Assembly (NCBI GenBank): GCA_963664825.1 | Contig: OY761614.1 | Span: 3,104,001 to 3,168,000 of the forward strand | Origin: an uncultured Holophaga sp. | Lineage (GTDB): Bacteria; Acidobacteriota; Holophagae; Holophagales; Holophagaceae | DNA: 64,000 nt | Direction: 5' to 3' | In this document: piece after piece, positions 53,580-63,648 of the stretch | Layout: each line of letters begins with the position of its first letter | Position numbering within the stretch: position 1 is the stretch's first letter | Made by a program: the position numbers and the translations under genes | Notes under the pieces: generated by a model | Seen by the model: the letters and a program-made list of their open reading frames with translations, nothing else | The model's database searches: none | Told to the model about the DNA's origin: nothing

Positions 53580-56480
53580 TTAGGCCAGCTCGAACATGGC
53601 CAGCCCGTCCTGTCGCACACTGCGCCCCTGCACGGGCAGGATCTCCCCCACCTGACAGGGCCTGCCCCGCCTGCGGAAGGCCTCCGGGAAGGCCACGGCT
53701 TCGGCCAGCCCCGTTTCGTCCTCCAGAGTGATGAACTGCATGCGCTCGCCTTTTTCCGTGGGGATGACTTTTTCGGCCACCACCAGGGCCCAGAAGCGCA
53801 GGAAGCGGCCGGGTTTCTGCACATCGGCCACCCGCTGGGGACCACCGCCATGGCGATAGCGCCGGAGGGCGGCGGGATGCAGTTCCAGGGCGATGCCCAT
53901 GGTCTCCATCTCCAGATCGGCCCGGTCGAAGGGATCGGTGGGGCGGGGCCTCAGTCCGGCTGGCACGCCCCCCAGGCGGGCCCACAAGAGCCGCGTGCGG
54001 TCCCCGTCTGGGGCCCAGCGATCGAAGGCGCCCGCCGCGCAGAGGGCCTCCGCCATGGGCAGGCTGGGCCTGGTGCGGGCCAGGAGTGCATCCAGATCGG
54101 CGAAGGGGCCGTTCCGTTCGCGTTCCTCCAGGAGGGCCTCCAGCTCCTTCCGGGGGGCGCCCCCCACCTGCATGAGGCCCACCCGCAGGCCCTGCTCGCC
54201 CTCGGAACTGAAGGCCCACTGGGAGGCGTTGGCGTTGGGGCCGCGCACCACGAGGCGATGGCGCCGGGCATCCCCCAGGTAGGCGATGGCGGGATAGAAG
54301 CCGCCCTGGTTGGAGATGACGGAGGCGAAGAAGACCGCCGGATGATGGGCCTTGATCCAGGCGCTCTCGAAGCTCACCTGGGCGTAGCTGGCCGAATGGG
54401 GCTTGCAGAAGGAATAGCCCTGGAAGGTGCGGATCATGTCCCAGGCCTCATCTACCACGGCGGGCTTCACCCCCTTGGCCGCGCAGCCCGAGCGGAAGCG
54501 CCGTTCGAAGAGGGGCAGCTTGGCCTCGCAATCGGCCTTGCCCAGGAGCTTGCGGAGCTGGTCGGCCTCGAAGTGGGCCCAGCCCGCCAGTTCCACGCAG
54601 ACCGTGATGACATCCTCCTGGTAGACCAGCACGCCGAAGCTCTCGGAGAGGAGATGGCCGAAGACGGAATCCGAGGGCTCAAAGGCCTCCTCGCCCCTGG
54701 CGCGCTTCACGTAGCGATCGATCCAGCGGGAGGCCGCTGGGCGGATGAGGCTGGAGTGGATGACCAGCGTCTCGAAATCGCCCTTGTGGACCCGCTGCTG
54801 GAGCTGGCGGGTGGCGGGGCTTTCCACGTAGAAGACGCCGATGCTGTCCCCATCGGCCAACAACTGCTGGGTGGCGGCATCCTGGCGGGCATGGGGGCCG
54901 GGTTCCCTGGCCACCCGATTGCCCAGCACCCGGTAGGCGTCACGGATTACGGCCAGGCTGCGGTTGCCCAGCAGATCGATCTTCACCAGGCCATAGTTCT
55001 CCACGCCATCCTTGTCCCAGCTGGTGATGGAGACGCCCTCCTTGGCGGGGGCGGGCTGGAAGGCCACATGTTCCCATAGGGGCCCCGGCGCGATGACCGT
55101 GCCCCCGGGGTGGACGGAAAATTGGCAGAAGTGGCCCGTGAGGGCATCGCTCCAGCGCAGCACCTCGTCCCAGGCCGGGTTCTGGGCGGCTCGCGCCATG
55201 CCTCCGTCCCAGTGGCGCACGTAGCGGGCCAGCTGCTTCAGTTCGGATTCCGGGCGTCCGAAGGCCTGGGCCACGGCCCTCAGGGCGCCCTTGGCCTTGT
55301 AGTAGTTGTGGTTGGACACCATGGCCACCCGGTCCCGGCCATAGCGCTCGAAGGCTGCCTGGATGACGGCGTTGCGCTCGTCCCACGCGAAATCGATATC
55401 CATGTCCGGCGGATCCGTGCGCTCCCGGGTGAGGAAACGCTCGAACATGAGGTGCGTGCCCACGGGATCCACGTTGCTGAGCTTCAGGGCGTAGCTCACC
55501 AGGGAGGCCGCGCCGCTCCCGCGCCCGCAGATGCGCGAGATGTGCGCCGCCTGCACCAGATCCTGCACCAGCAGGAAGTAACCGGCGAAATGCTTCTCCC
55601 GGATGAGGTCCAGTTCCTTCTCCAGGCGGCTCTCCAATTCACCGGTGAAGGCATCGAAGCGCTCCAGGATGCCTCCCCGCACCCGTTCCCGCAGGATGGC
55701 GTCCAGGTCCTGGCCCTCGAGGCCCAGGGGGCCTGTATCCACCCAGGTGCCCCAGTGGAGGGACCAGGCGGCCACCCGTTCCAGGATCTGGGCGGTCTCG
55801 CGTGCCACGGCGGGTTCGGCGGCAGGGAAGCGGGCTTCCCATTCCCGCCGGGGCACCGAGCCGTCCCGCCTGTCCCAGAGGGCCTCCGTGCGGGGCAGTG
55901 TGTTCTGGGTGTGGATGGCGCGTTTGAGGCGATGCAGTTCCAGCCCTGCGGGTGTGAGGAAGCGCAGCACCTGGGGGGCGGCCACGGGCAGGCCCCGCTC
56001 CAGGGCGTGGCGGCTCTCCTGGGCGCGGCGGGGATGGGCCAGGAGCGTGGCCTGGAAACCTTCCCGGGTGAGGGCCTCTAGGCCCGCCAGATCTTCGGCC
56101 AGCAGCACGCAGCCCGTGGGGGGAGCCTCCCCTTGGCAGCCAGGAGGCGGATCCCTGGTGTGGGCCTGGGCCGTGAGGAGTTGATTGAGGGCCTTGTACC
56201 CCGCGTCCGTGAAGGGCAGGGCCCCGCAGGCATGACCCCGCCAGGTGAAGCGACACCCGAGATGGATGCGGAGATCGTCAGTGGGATCGGGAGCCTCCTC
56301 GGCCAGGACGCGAGCCCTGCGCGGCCATTCCAGCGCCTCCCGCAGCCTCGGGTACCCGGCCAGGCTTTTATCCCAGAGCACAAGGTCCCGGTAACCCAGC
56401 CTGCGCGCCAGGCGCAGCAGGGTCTCGGCGGGGTAGACGCCTTCCCCGAGGGAAAAATCAGAAATGCCGAGGGCGAACAT
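53580..56480 (-). CDS. dnaE2: Error-prone DNA polymerase III alpha (DnaE2/ImuC)
   Basis: GRGSGAASLV, FERFL, PDMDIDF, HPGG, KIDLLG, YSFCKPHSA and FITLEDETG; degenerate PHP domain; follows imuB. Confidence 0.88.
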   Translation of the reverse strand: MFALGISDFSLGEGVYPAETLLRLARRLGYRDLVLWDKSLAGYPRLREALEWPRRARVLAEEAPDPTDDLRIHLGCRFTWRGHACGALPFTDAGYKALNQLLTAQAHTRDPPPGCQGEAPPTGCVLLAEDLAGLEALTREGFQATLLAHPRRAQESRHALERGLPVAAPQVLRFLTPAGLELHRLKRAIHTQNTLPRTEALWDRRDGSVPRREWEARFPAAEPAVARETAQILERVAAWSLHWGTWVDTGPLGLEGQDLDAILRERVRGGILERFDAFTGELESRLEKELDLIREKHFAGYFLLVQDLVQAAHISRICGRGSGAASLVSYALKLSNVDPVGTHLMFERFLTRERTDPPDMDIDFAWDERNAVIQAAFERYGRDRVAMVSNHNYYKAKGALRAVAQAFGRPESELKQLARYVRHWDGGMARAAQNPAWDEVLRWSDALTGHFCQFSVHPGGTVIAPGPLWEHVAFQPAPAKEGVSITSWDKDGVENYGLVKIDLLGNRSLAVIRDAYRVLGNRVAREPGPHARQDAATQQLLADGDSIGVFYVESPATRQLQQRVHKGDFETLVIHSSLIRPAASRWIDRYVKRARGEEAFEPSDSVFGHLLSESFGVLVYQEDVITVCVELAGWAHFEADQLRKLLGKADCEAKLPLFERRFRSGCAAKGVKPAVVDEAWDMIRTFQGYSFCKPHSASYAQVSFESAWIKAHHPAVFFASVISNQGGFYPAIAYLGDARRHRLVVRGPNANASQWAFSSEGEQGLRVGLMQVGGAPRKELEALLEERERNGPFADLDALLARTRPSLPMAEALCAAGAFDRWAPDGDRTRLLWARLGGVPAGLRPRPTDPFDRADLEMETMGIALELHPAALRRYRHGGGPQRVADVQKPGRFLRFWALVVAEKVIPTEKGERMQFITLEDETGLAEAVAFPEAFRRRGRPCQVGEILPVQGRSVRQDGLAMFELA

Positions 56481-56486
56481 GGGGCT

Positions 56487-57614
56487 TCATACCGCCGCCA
56501 TCCACCCCGGCAGGACGGGATGCTCGGGGTAGCGTTGGCGCAATTTGGCCAGGGCGGGCTCAAGGTGTTCGAGTTTCGCGATCCTGGGCTCCTGGAACAG
56601 TGTGCGGGGGCGGCCCAGACCCCAGGCGATGCGCAGTTCCACCTGCCGCACGAGGATGCGGCGGGTGGCGCCTTTGCGGAAAGCCCCCTCCAGGGCCCGG
56701 GCCAGGTCCATGGGCGGGGCCGCCAGGGCCGCCTCCGGGGCCTTCCAGAAGTGGGGCTCGCCATCCACGTCCCACCAGCGCAGGGCCAGGGAACGAGGGC
56801 TGCGGGGATCGGCCCAGAGGCGGTTGAGGGTCCAGGCCGCCAGCTCCACGTCCTCGGGCAGGCGGGGGGGCTCTAGGCGCCAGCCGGGACGGGAATGGCC
56901 CGGGCGCTCGGTGAGCAGGGGCAGGGTGACGTGGTCCTCGCCCCGGGTCTGGGCCCGGAGCTTGGGCGCCAGGGGAGGGGGCACCAGTTCCTGCCAGAGG
57001 GCCAGGGCCAGGGGCTGGACATCCCCGAAGGAACGCAGGCCCAGGCGCCGGAAACGGGCCTGGAGGCGGGGGGCCAGATCCGGCAGGGACTTCAGGGGCT
57101 GGGGGGCCAGGAAACCCGATTCACCCCCCTCGGGCACCAGTTCCAGCTCGTGTTCCAGGTGGGCCGCCAGATGGGCCGCGGTGGCGCTCTCGGAGAGCCC
57201 GCCGTGGCTGAACCAGCCGTGGGAACCCTGGAGCTCCCGGCGGATGCGCCCCGCGGCATCCCGGGCCGGGCCGTAGAGGCCTTCGGTGCCGTGCAGCTCC
57301 ACCAGGGCCTCGCCCATGCGCCCCATCTGGCCCTGGGGGGTCCAGCGCAGGAGGAAATCGGCCATGCTGGCATGGGCCTCCCACCAGGTCTGAGGCGCGG
57401 GGTCCAGCACCTTCAGGCCTGGCAGGCGCCGCAGGGCCTGATCCATGGGTTCCCCGGCCCGCAGCCCTTCGGCCTTGGCCAGGCGATTCACGAACCAGAG
57501 GGTGGGCGTGCGGGGCTGTTCGGGGTTCAGGAAGGCCAGGGGCCGCCCCTCCAGACCCCCCTCCCGCCCACAGGCTAGCTGGAAAGGCAGTTCGGGGACC
57601 CACATCGCCAGCAC
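56487..57614 (-). CDS. imuB: Inactive Y-family polymerase-like protein ImuB
   Basis: Y-family features (VNRLAKAEGLRAG, WTP...EALVEL, RLGLRSFGD) without the catalytic acidic motifs; GTG start behind a GAGAGG SD. Confidence 0.78.
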   Translation of the reverse strand: MLAMWVPELPFQLACGREGGLEGRPLAFLNPEQPRTPTLWFVNRLAKAEGLRAGEPMDQALRRLPGLKVLDPAPQTWWEAHASMADFLLRWTPQGQMGRMGEALVELHGTEGLYGPARDAAGRIRRELQGSHGWFSHGGLSESATAAHLAAHLEHELELVPEGGESGFLAPQPLKSLPDLAPRLQARFRRLGLRSFGDVQPLALALWQELVPPPLAPKLRAQTRGEDHVTLPLLTERPGHSRPGWRLEPPRLPEDVELAAWTLNRLWADPRSPRSLALRWWDVDGEPHFWKAPEAALAAPPMDLARALEGAFRKGATRRILVRQVELRIAWGLGRPRTLFQEPRIAKLEHLEPALAKLRQRYPEHPVLPGWMAAV

Positions 57615-57637
57615 AGGACACCTCTCAAGAGGTACCA

Positions 57638-57666
57638 AGCATAGCGAAAAAAATGCGAAAGTTCAA
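57638..57666 (-). promoter_or_regulatory. Sigma70 promoter of imuB-dnaE2 with a direct-repeat operator candidate filling the spacer
   Basis: Minus strand TTGAAC-TTTCGCATTTTTTTCGC(17 nt)-TATGCT. Confidence 0.7.
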
Positions 57667-57680
57667 GTCTGGGGGCTTGC

Positions 57681-58694
57681 TCAGGAGAGGGTCTTGTGGG
57701 GCAGGCTCTCGATCCTTCCAGCCGGTGAGACCAGCATGTAGTTGAGCTTGCGCTGGAGCTCGCGGATGGTGTTGGCGCCGGCGTAGGTGAGGCCGGAGCG
57801 GAGGCCACCAATGATATCGGCCAGGATCTCCTCCTCGTCTTCCCGGTAGGGCACCTGGGTGGACACGCCTTCGGCTGTCTTCCAGCCCGTGAGGCCCCCC
57901 AGGTGGTCATCGGCGGCTTCCTTGCTGGCCATGCCCCGGTAGACCTTGTGGGTGGGCCTGCCGCTGGCATCCCGGAGCGGCTCGCCGGGCGTGGGGCGCG
58001 TGCCGGCGAGCATTCCGCCGATCATCACGAAATCGGCGCCGAAGGCCAGGGCCTTCACGATGTCGCCAGGGGTGCGGATGCCCCCATCGGCCACGATGGA
58101 GCGGTCCGCCCGGGCGCATTCCTGGATGGCCGTCAGCTGCGGTACCCCGAAGCCTGTCTTGATGCGGGTGGTGCAGACGCTCCCGGGGCCGATGCCCACC
58201 TTGATGATGTCGGCATGGACCGAGGCCAGGTAATCGGCGCCCGCGTAGGTGGCCACGTTGCCCGCCATGATGCACTCGTTGGACAGCGATTGGCGCATGC
58301 GCTTGATCATCTTGCCCACGTATTTGGCGTGTCCATGGGCCACATCCACGCAGAAGTAGCTCGCCCCGGCGTCCCGCAGAGCCTCGACGCGCTCCATTTC
58401 GGATTCCGCCGTGCCCACGGACACGAAGGTGGGGAAGCGGCACCGCTTGAACATCGCCACATTCTCTTCGACGGTCGAGAATCGGTGCAGAACGCCGATG
58501 CCCCCTCGTTCGCCGATGAAATCAGCCATGGCGTCTTCCGTGACGGTATCCATATTGGCCGTCATGATGGGCAGCCCCAGGGTGAGCTTGCCGCTCTTGT
58601 CGGTCATGCCGATCTCCACGATGCGTCGGGATTCGTGGTGGTTGTAGGCCGGGATCAGGAGGACATCGTCGAAGGTGATGGCAGTTTCGGGCAT
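57681..58694 (-). CDS. IMPDH/GMP reductase family protein lacking CBS domains (probable GMP reductase)
   Basis: [43 protein letters not shown] and AEGV. Confidence 0.85.
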   Translation of the reverse strand: MPETAITFDDVLLIPAYNHHESRRIVEIGMTDKSGKLTLGLPIMTANMDTVTEDAMADFIGERGGIGVLHRFSTVEENVAMFKRCRFPTFVSVGTAESEMERVEALRDAGASYFCVDVAHGHAKYVGKMIKRMRQSLSNECIMAGNVATYAGADYLASVHADIIKVGIGPGSVCTTRIKTGFGVPQLTAIQECARADRSIVADGGIRTPGDIVKALAFGADFVMIGGMLAGTRPTPGEPLRDASGRPTHKVYRGMASKEAADDHLGGLTGWKTAEGVSTQVPYREDEEEILADIIGGLRSGLTYAGANTIRELQRKLNYMLVSPAGRIESLPHKTLS

Positions 58695-58736
58695 GGATGC
58701 TCCGGAGGAATCAGGGCTGGGATCTATTGCGAGCCA

Positions 58737-59690
58737 TCAGGCCTGCCCGGTGGAGGCGGCCTCCGACCGGGGGTGCATGCGGTCGTAGAGGGCCCTCAGC
58801 CGCGCCTGATGGACGTGGGTATAGATCTGGGTGGTGCTGATATCGGCATGGCCCAGCATGGCCTGGACGGCCCGCAGATCGGCGCCGTGGTCCAGCAGAT
58901 GGGTGGCGAAGGCGTGGCGCAGCACGTGGGGGCTGACGGATTCCCGGCGGATGCCCGCCTTCACGGCATAGGCCTTCAGCAGCCGCCAGATGTGCTGGCG
59001 GGTGAGGGGCTCACCCCGGCACCCCACGAAGAGGGCATCCGTGCGGGGCTTGAAGGCGGAGCGGTGCATCAGCCAGGCCCGGATCCAGTGTTCGGCCCCT
59101 TCGCCGAAGGGGATCAGGCGCTCCTTGCGGCCCTTGCCCAGGACCTTGAGGAAACCCTCATCCAGGAAGATGGAAAGGGCGGGGATCAGGGCCAGTTCCG
59201 AGACCCGAAGACCGGAGGCGTAGAACAGCTCCATCCAGGCGCGGTCGCGGATACCCAGGATCGTCGCGGTGTCAGGGGTCGCCAGCAGGGCCTCGATCTG
59301 AGCCTCGCTGAGGGTCTTCGGCAGGATCCGCGGGGGCCGAGGGGGGCGCACGACGGCTTCGGGGCCCGCGGACTCCTGGCCCTCCAGGCGCAGGAAGCCC
59401 AGGAACTGGCGGAGAGCCGAGGAGAGGCGGGCGATGCTGCGGGCCGCCCTGCCTTCGGCGTGCTGGGAGACGAGGAAGGCCGTGACCGCATCCCGGTCCA
59501 GGGCCGTGGGCGCCGTGTCGCGCTCCGTGGCCCAGGCCGCGAGCCGATGCAGATCCGAGAGGTAGCCCGAGGTGGTGTTTCCTGAAAGCCCGCGTTCCAC
59601 GGCCAGGTGGGTCTGGAATTCCCGGAGGGAGCCGCCCCAGCCGAGGGCATCGGTCCTTTCGGGCGTCTCGGTGTCAATGTTCAGGGGCAT
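58737..59690 (-). CDS. xerD: Tyrosine recombinase, XerD-like
   Basis: RDRAWMELFYASGLRVSEL, GKGRKER and SPHVLRHAFATHLLDHGADLRAVQAMLGHADISTTQIYTHV. Confidence 0.88.
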   Translation of the reverse strand: MPLNIDTETPERTDALGWGGSLREFQTHLAVERGLSGNTTSGYLSDLHRLAAWATERDTAPTALDRDAVTAFLVSQHAEGRAARSIARLSSALRQFLGFLRLEGQESAGPEAVVRPPRPPRILPKTLSEAQIEALLATPDTATILGIRDRAWMELFYASGLRVSELALIPALSIFLDEGFLKVLGKGRKERLIPFGEGAEHWIRAWLMHRSAFKPRTDALFVGCRGEPLTRQHIWRLLKAYAVKAGIRRESVSPHVLRHAFATHLLDHGADLRAVQAMLGHADISTTQIYTHVHQARLRALYDRMHPRSEAASTGQA

Positions 59691-59901
59691 GAGTCCATTC
59701 TAGGGTGTTCACCCCCGAATGCAGGGGGAGATTGAGGATCCCTCCCTGTCTAGGCCAGGATAGGGGAATAAACGCACCTGATGCGGGACTTCCCGAGGAA
59801 AAAAGGGGGATTTCCCGCACTGCGACAGGGCCCTTCCTTGGAAGGGGTGCTTGGTATTCCCGGCGGGCTATGATAGCCTCGCAAAGTTTCAAGGAGAGCC
59901 C

Positions 59902-60141
59902 ATGGCTGAGATTCGTAAAAAAGTTATCGCTATCATCGCCGAGCAACTGGCGAAGCCCGAGGATTCCATCACGGAGAGCAGTCATTTCGTGGACGACCTG
60001 GGCGCCGACAGTCTGGATACTGTCGAGATCATCATGGCGATTGAGGAAGCTTTCGGTCTGGAAATTCCCGAGAGCGAGCAGGAAAAGATCCGGACCGTTG
60101 GCGATGCCATCGGCTATATCGAGAAGAATTCCAAGGCTTGA
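59902..60141 (+). CDS. acpP: Acyl carrier protein
   Basis: DDLGADSLDTVE; AAGGAG SD. Confidence 0.97.
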   Translation: MAEIRKKVIAIIAEQLAKPEDSITESSHFVDDLGADSLDTVEIIMAIEEAFGLEIPESEQEKIRTVGDAIGYIEKNSKA

Positions 60142-60194
60142 TCTCGCAGGCCGCTTCGGCTCCTGCGGCTTTCCCGCTTGAGAGTCGTTCTCCG

Positions 60195-60227
60195 AGCCGG
60201 ACAGCCCAGGTTGGCTGTCCGGCTTTT
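60195..60227 (+). terminator. Intra-operon terminator/attenuator between acpP and fabF
   Basis: AGCCGGACAGCC-N6-GGCTGTCCGGCT followed by TTT. Confidence 0.65.
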
Positions 60228-60268
60228 GGCGTGTCTGTGCACTTCTGGCAATGAAACGAGGTGAAGAT

Positions 60269-61519
60269 ATGACTGTCAACCAGCGCCGACGCGTGGTCAT
60301 CACTGGTATGGGCACCGTCAATCCCTGCGGCAACACCGTGTCGGAAACCTGGGCTAACCTGCTCGCCGGCAAGAGCGGCATTGGCCTCATCGATCGCTTC
60401 GATACCACCGAATTCGCCTGCAAGATCGGGGGCCAGGTCAAGGGCTTCAATCCCGACCTGTCCATCGAGAAAAAAGAACAGAAGAAGATGGATCTCTTCA
60501 TCCAATACGCCATGGCGGCCACCCAGGAAGCCATGGAGGACTCGGGGTTGGCGGCCCTCAAACTCAGCAAGGCCGAGCGCGAGATGTTCGGTGTGTGCAT
60601 CGGTTCGGGCATCGGCGGCCTGGGCACCATCTGGAATGAAGCCCACGGCTACCGCGGCCCCCGCCGCACCAGCCCCTTCTTCATCCCGAGCCTGATCATC
60701 AATCTGGCCGGTGGGAACGTCAGCATCAAATACGGTCTCCAGGGCCCGAACAGTGCCTGCGCCACCGCCTGTGCCACGGGCACCCATTCCATCGGTGATG
60801 CGAGTCGACTCATCATGCACGGCTATGCCGATCGCATGGTGGCCGGCGGTGCCGATTCGGTGATCAACGAACTGGGGGTGGGTGGTTTCGCGGCCATGCG
60901 GGCCCTTTCCACCCGCAACGATGAGCCCGAGAAGGCCAGTCGTCCCTTCGACAAGGATCGGGACGGTTTCGTCATGGGCGAGGGTGCGGGCATCGTGGTC
61001 CTCGAGGAATACGAATTGGCCAAGGCCCGGGGCGCCAAGATCCACGCCGAGATCGTGGGATATGGCATGTCTGGGGACGCCTATCACATGACCAGCCCCA
61101 GCGAGGACGGAGACGGTCCCTGCCGGGTGATGGTGGCCGCCATGAAGGACGCGGGCCTGCGGCCCGAACAGATCGGCTACGTGAACGCCCATGGGACCTC
61201 GACCCCTGCGGGAGACCGCATCGAGTGCCTAGCCATCCGGAACGCCTTCGGAGCCGCGGCGAACAAGATCAAGATCTCTTCCAGCAAGTCCATGCACGGA
61301 CATCTGCTGGGAGCCGCCGGCGGGTTGGAGACCGTCCTCTGCGCCATGGTCGGCAAGACCGGCCAGATTCCGCCCACCATCAATGTGGAGAACCAGGATG
61401 AGGCCTGCGGCCTGGATGTGACGGCCAATGCCATCGGACATTTCGATGGCGAATACGTCCTGAACAACAACTTCGGATTCGGCGGCACCAACGCCTGCGT
61501 GATCCTCCGCCGAATCTGA
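60269..61519 (+). CDS. fabF: Beta-ketoacyl-ACP synthase II
   Basis: [32 protein letters not shown] and NFGFGGTN. Confidence 0.96.
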   Translation: MTVNQRRRVVITGMGTVNPCGNTVSETWANLLAGKSGIGLIDRFDTTEFACKIGGQVKGFNPDLSIEKKEQKKMDLFIQYAMAATQEAMEDSGLAALKLSKAEREMFGVCIGSGIGGLGTIWNEAHGYRGPRRTSPFFIPSLIINLAGGNVSIKYGLQGPNSACATACATGTHSIGDASRLIMHGYADRMVAGGADSVINELGVGGFAAMRALSTRNDEPEKASRPFDKDRDGFVMGEGAGIVVLEEYELAKARGAKIHAEIVGYGMSGDAYHMTSPSEDGDGPCRVMVAAMKDAGLRPEQIGYVNAHGTSTPAGDRIECLAIRNAFGAAANKIKISSSKSMHGHLLGAAGGLETVLCAMVGKTGQIPPTINVENQDEACGLDVTANAIGHFDGEYVLNNNFGFGGTNACVILRRI

Positions 61520-61542
61520 TCGGGTCCATCCCCTTCCACCTC

Positions 61543-61570
61543 AAAAAAGCGGCGCCTGCGCCGCTTTTTT
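61543..61570 (+). terminator. Intrinsic terminator after fabF
   Basis: AAAAAAGCGGCG-cctg-CGCCGCTTTTTT. Confidence 0.85.
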
Positions 61571-61580
61571 GTTGGGGTGG

Positions 61581-61622
61581 ACTCGCTATTTTTTCGCCGC
61601 TCTCCAGCAGGCCTGGGACAAT
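61581..61622 (+). promoter_or_regulatory. uvrB promoter with the same direct repeat as imuB and an extended -10
   Basis: ACTCGCTATTTTTTCGCC at 61581-61598; TG-G-GACAAT at 61614-61622. Confidence 0.6.
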
Positions 61623-61629
61623 GACCCCC

Positions 61630-63639
61630 ATGCCCAAGGCCGCCCCCTTCAAACTCGTCGCTCCTTACTCCCCCGCCGGGGACCAACCGGAGGCCATCGC
61701 CCAGCTGGTGGCGGGCATCGAGGCCGGGGAACGGTGCCAGACACTCCTTGGCGTGACGGGAAGCGGCAAGACCTTCACCATGGCCAGTGCCATCGCCCGG
61801 GTGAACCGGCCCGCGCTGATCTTTGCGCCCAACAAGACTCTGGCGGCCCAGCTCTTCAGCGAGTTCAAGCAGTTCTTCCCCGAGAACGCCGTCGAGTACT
61901 TCGTCAGCTACTACGACTACTACCAGCCCGAGGCCTACGTCCCCGAGCGGGATCTCTTCATCGACAAGGATGCCGCAATCAACGAGGAGCTGGAGAAGCT
62001 GCGGCTATCGGCCACCCGCTGCCTGCTGGAGCGCCGGGACACCATCGTGGTGGCCTCTGTGAGCTGCATCTATGGTCTGGGAGATCCTGCGAACTACCTG
62101 AACCTCTCCATCACCCTGAACGTGGGGGACACCCGGGAACGCGCCATGCTGCTGCGGGATCTGGTGGCCATCCAGTACGCCCGCAATCAGGTGGCCTTCG
62201 AGCCTGGCGTCTTCCGTGTGCGCGGGGATGTGGTGGAGGTCTATTCCGCCTACGAGGATGTGGCCTACCGCATCGAACTCTTCGGGGACGAGATCGAGCG
62301 CCTCTCGAAGATCGACCCCCTGCGGGGCGTGGTGCTCGAGAAGCTCGAGACCCTGACCATCTGGCCCAAGACCCACTACGTGACGCCCGAGGACAGGCTG
62401 GAAAAGGCCATCCGTGAGATCAAGCTTGAACTGGAGGCCCGGGAGAACGCCTTCCGCGCCGAAGGCCGCATCGTCGAATTGCAGCGCCTGCACCAGCGCA
62501 CCATCTACGACCTGGAGATGATGAAGGAGATGGGCTACTGCTCGGGTATCGAGAACTACAGCCGCTTCCTGGACGGCCGCCAGCCCGGCGAGCCGCCCCA
62601 TACGTTGCTGGACTATTTCCCCGAGGATTTCGTGCTCTTCATGGACGAGAGCCATGTGGCCACGGGGCAGCTGCACGGCATGTACAACGGGGACCGCAGC
62701 CGCAAGACCACCCTGGTCGATTACGGATTCCGCCTGCCGGCCGCCCTGGATAACCGTCCCCTCAAATTCGAGGAGTTCGAGGCCAGGGTCAAGCAGATCG
62801 TCTTCGTGAGCGCCACCCCCGGCGACTACGAACTCCAGCAGAGCGGGGGCGTCATCGTGGAGCAGGTGGTGCGCCCTACGGGGCTGGTGGATCCCCAGAT
62901 CGAGGTGCGCCCCGTGGGCACCCAGGTGGACGATCTGCTCGAGGAGATCCGGAAGGTGGTGGCTCGCGATGAGCGGGTGCTGGTGACGGTGCTCACCAAG
63001 AAACTGGCCGAACAGCTCACGGCCTACTACCGGGAAGTGGGGGTGAAGGCCGAATACCTCCACAGCGAGATCGAGACGTTGGACCGGGTGGAACTGCTCA
63101 AGGGACTGCGCCGGGGCACCTTCGATGTGCTCATCGGCATCAATCTTCTGCGGGAAGGCCTGGATCTGCCGGAGGTCTCCCTCATCGCCATCCTGGATGC
63201 CGACAAGGAGGGCTTCCTCCGCAACACCCGCAGCCTGATCCAGAGCATCGGCCGGGCTGCGCGCAACGTGAACGGCAAGGCCATTCTCTATGCGGATCGG
63301 ATGACGGGTTCCATCACCGCTGCCATCGGCGAGACCAGCCGCCGTCGCCAGAAGCAGCTGGATCACAATGCCGCCCATGGCATCACGCCGGAGACCATCC
63401 GCAAGAATATCGACGATGTGCTGGGGGAGGCCGTGGCCCGGGAATTCGTCAGCGTGCCCAAGGACCAGGCCGCCGAGGAACCCCTCCTCTACCTGGACGA
63501 CGGGGCCTTCGAGAAGGCCCTGGCCCAGCTGGAGAAGAAGATGCAGACCCACGCCAGCCGCATGGAATTCGAGGAGGCCGCCGCACTGCGGGATCGCGTC
63601 CTCCACCTGCGGCGGGAACGGCTCATCAGCGCGATCTGA
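61630..63639 (+). CDS. uvrB: Excinuclease ABC subunit B
   Basis: [43 protein letters not shown] and C-terminal UVR domain; start at 61630 or 61621. Confidence 0.98.
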   Translation: MPKAAPFKLVAPYSPAGDQPEAIAQLVAGIEAGERCQTLLGVTGSGKTFTMASAIARVNRPALIFAPNKTLAAQLFSEFKQFFPENAVEYFVSYYDYYQPEAYVPERDLFIDKDAAINEELEKLRLSATRCLLERRDTIVVASVSCIYGLGDPANYLNLSITLNVGDTRERAMLLRDLVAIQYARNQVAFEPGVFRVRGDVVEVYSAYEDVAYRIELFGDEIERLSKIDPLRGVVLEKLETLTIWPKTHYVTPEDRLEKAIREIKLELEARENAFRAEGRIVELQRLHQRTIYDLEMMKEMGYCSGIENYSRFLDGRQPGEPPHTLLDYFPEDFVLFMDESHVATGQLHGMYNGDRSRKTTLVDYGFRLPAALDNRPLKFEEFEARVKQIVFVSATPGDYELQQSGGVIVEQVVRPTGLVDPQIEVRPVGTQVDDLLEEIRKVVARDERVLVTVLTKKLAEQLTAYYREVGVKAEYLHSEIETLDRVELLKGLRRGTFDVLIGINLLREGLDLPEVSLIAILDADKEGFLRNTRSLIQSIGRAARNVNGKAILYADRMTGSITAAIGETSRRRQKQLDHNAAHGITPETIRKNIDDVLGEAVAREFVSVPKDQAAEEPLLYLDDGAFEKALAQLEKKMQTHASRMEFEEAAALRDRVLHLRRERLISAI

Positions 63640-63648
63640 TCCGGAGTC

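Noticed and set aside
53491..54219. 394-aa YbaK fusion predicted by the ORF track
   Set aside because: The extension overlaps dnaE2 in another frame and is low complexity; a good SD precedes ATG 53490.
56111..56160. Short hairpin-containing Pro-rich stretch in dnaE2 (TRDPPPGCQGEAPP) as another in-frame element
   Set aside because: Only a 6-bp stem in GC-rich DNA and no paralogue to define an insertion; cannot be supported.
58737..59690. Tyrosine recombinase as a prophage or island integrase
   Set aside because: The sequence is typical XerD, the flanks are housekeeping genes, and I saw no att repeats or tRNA.
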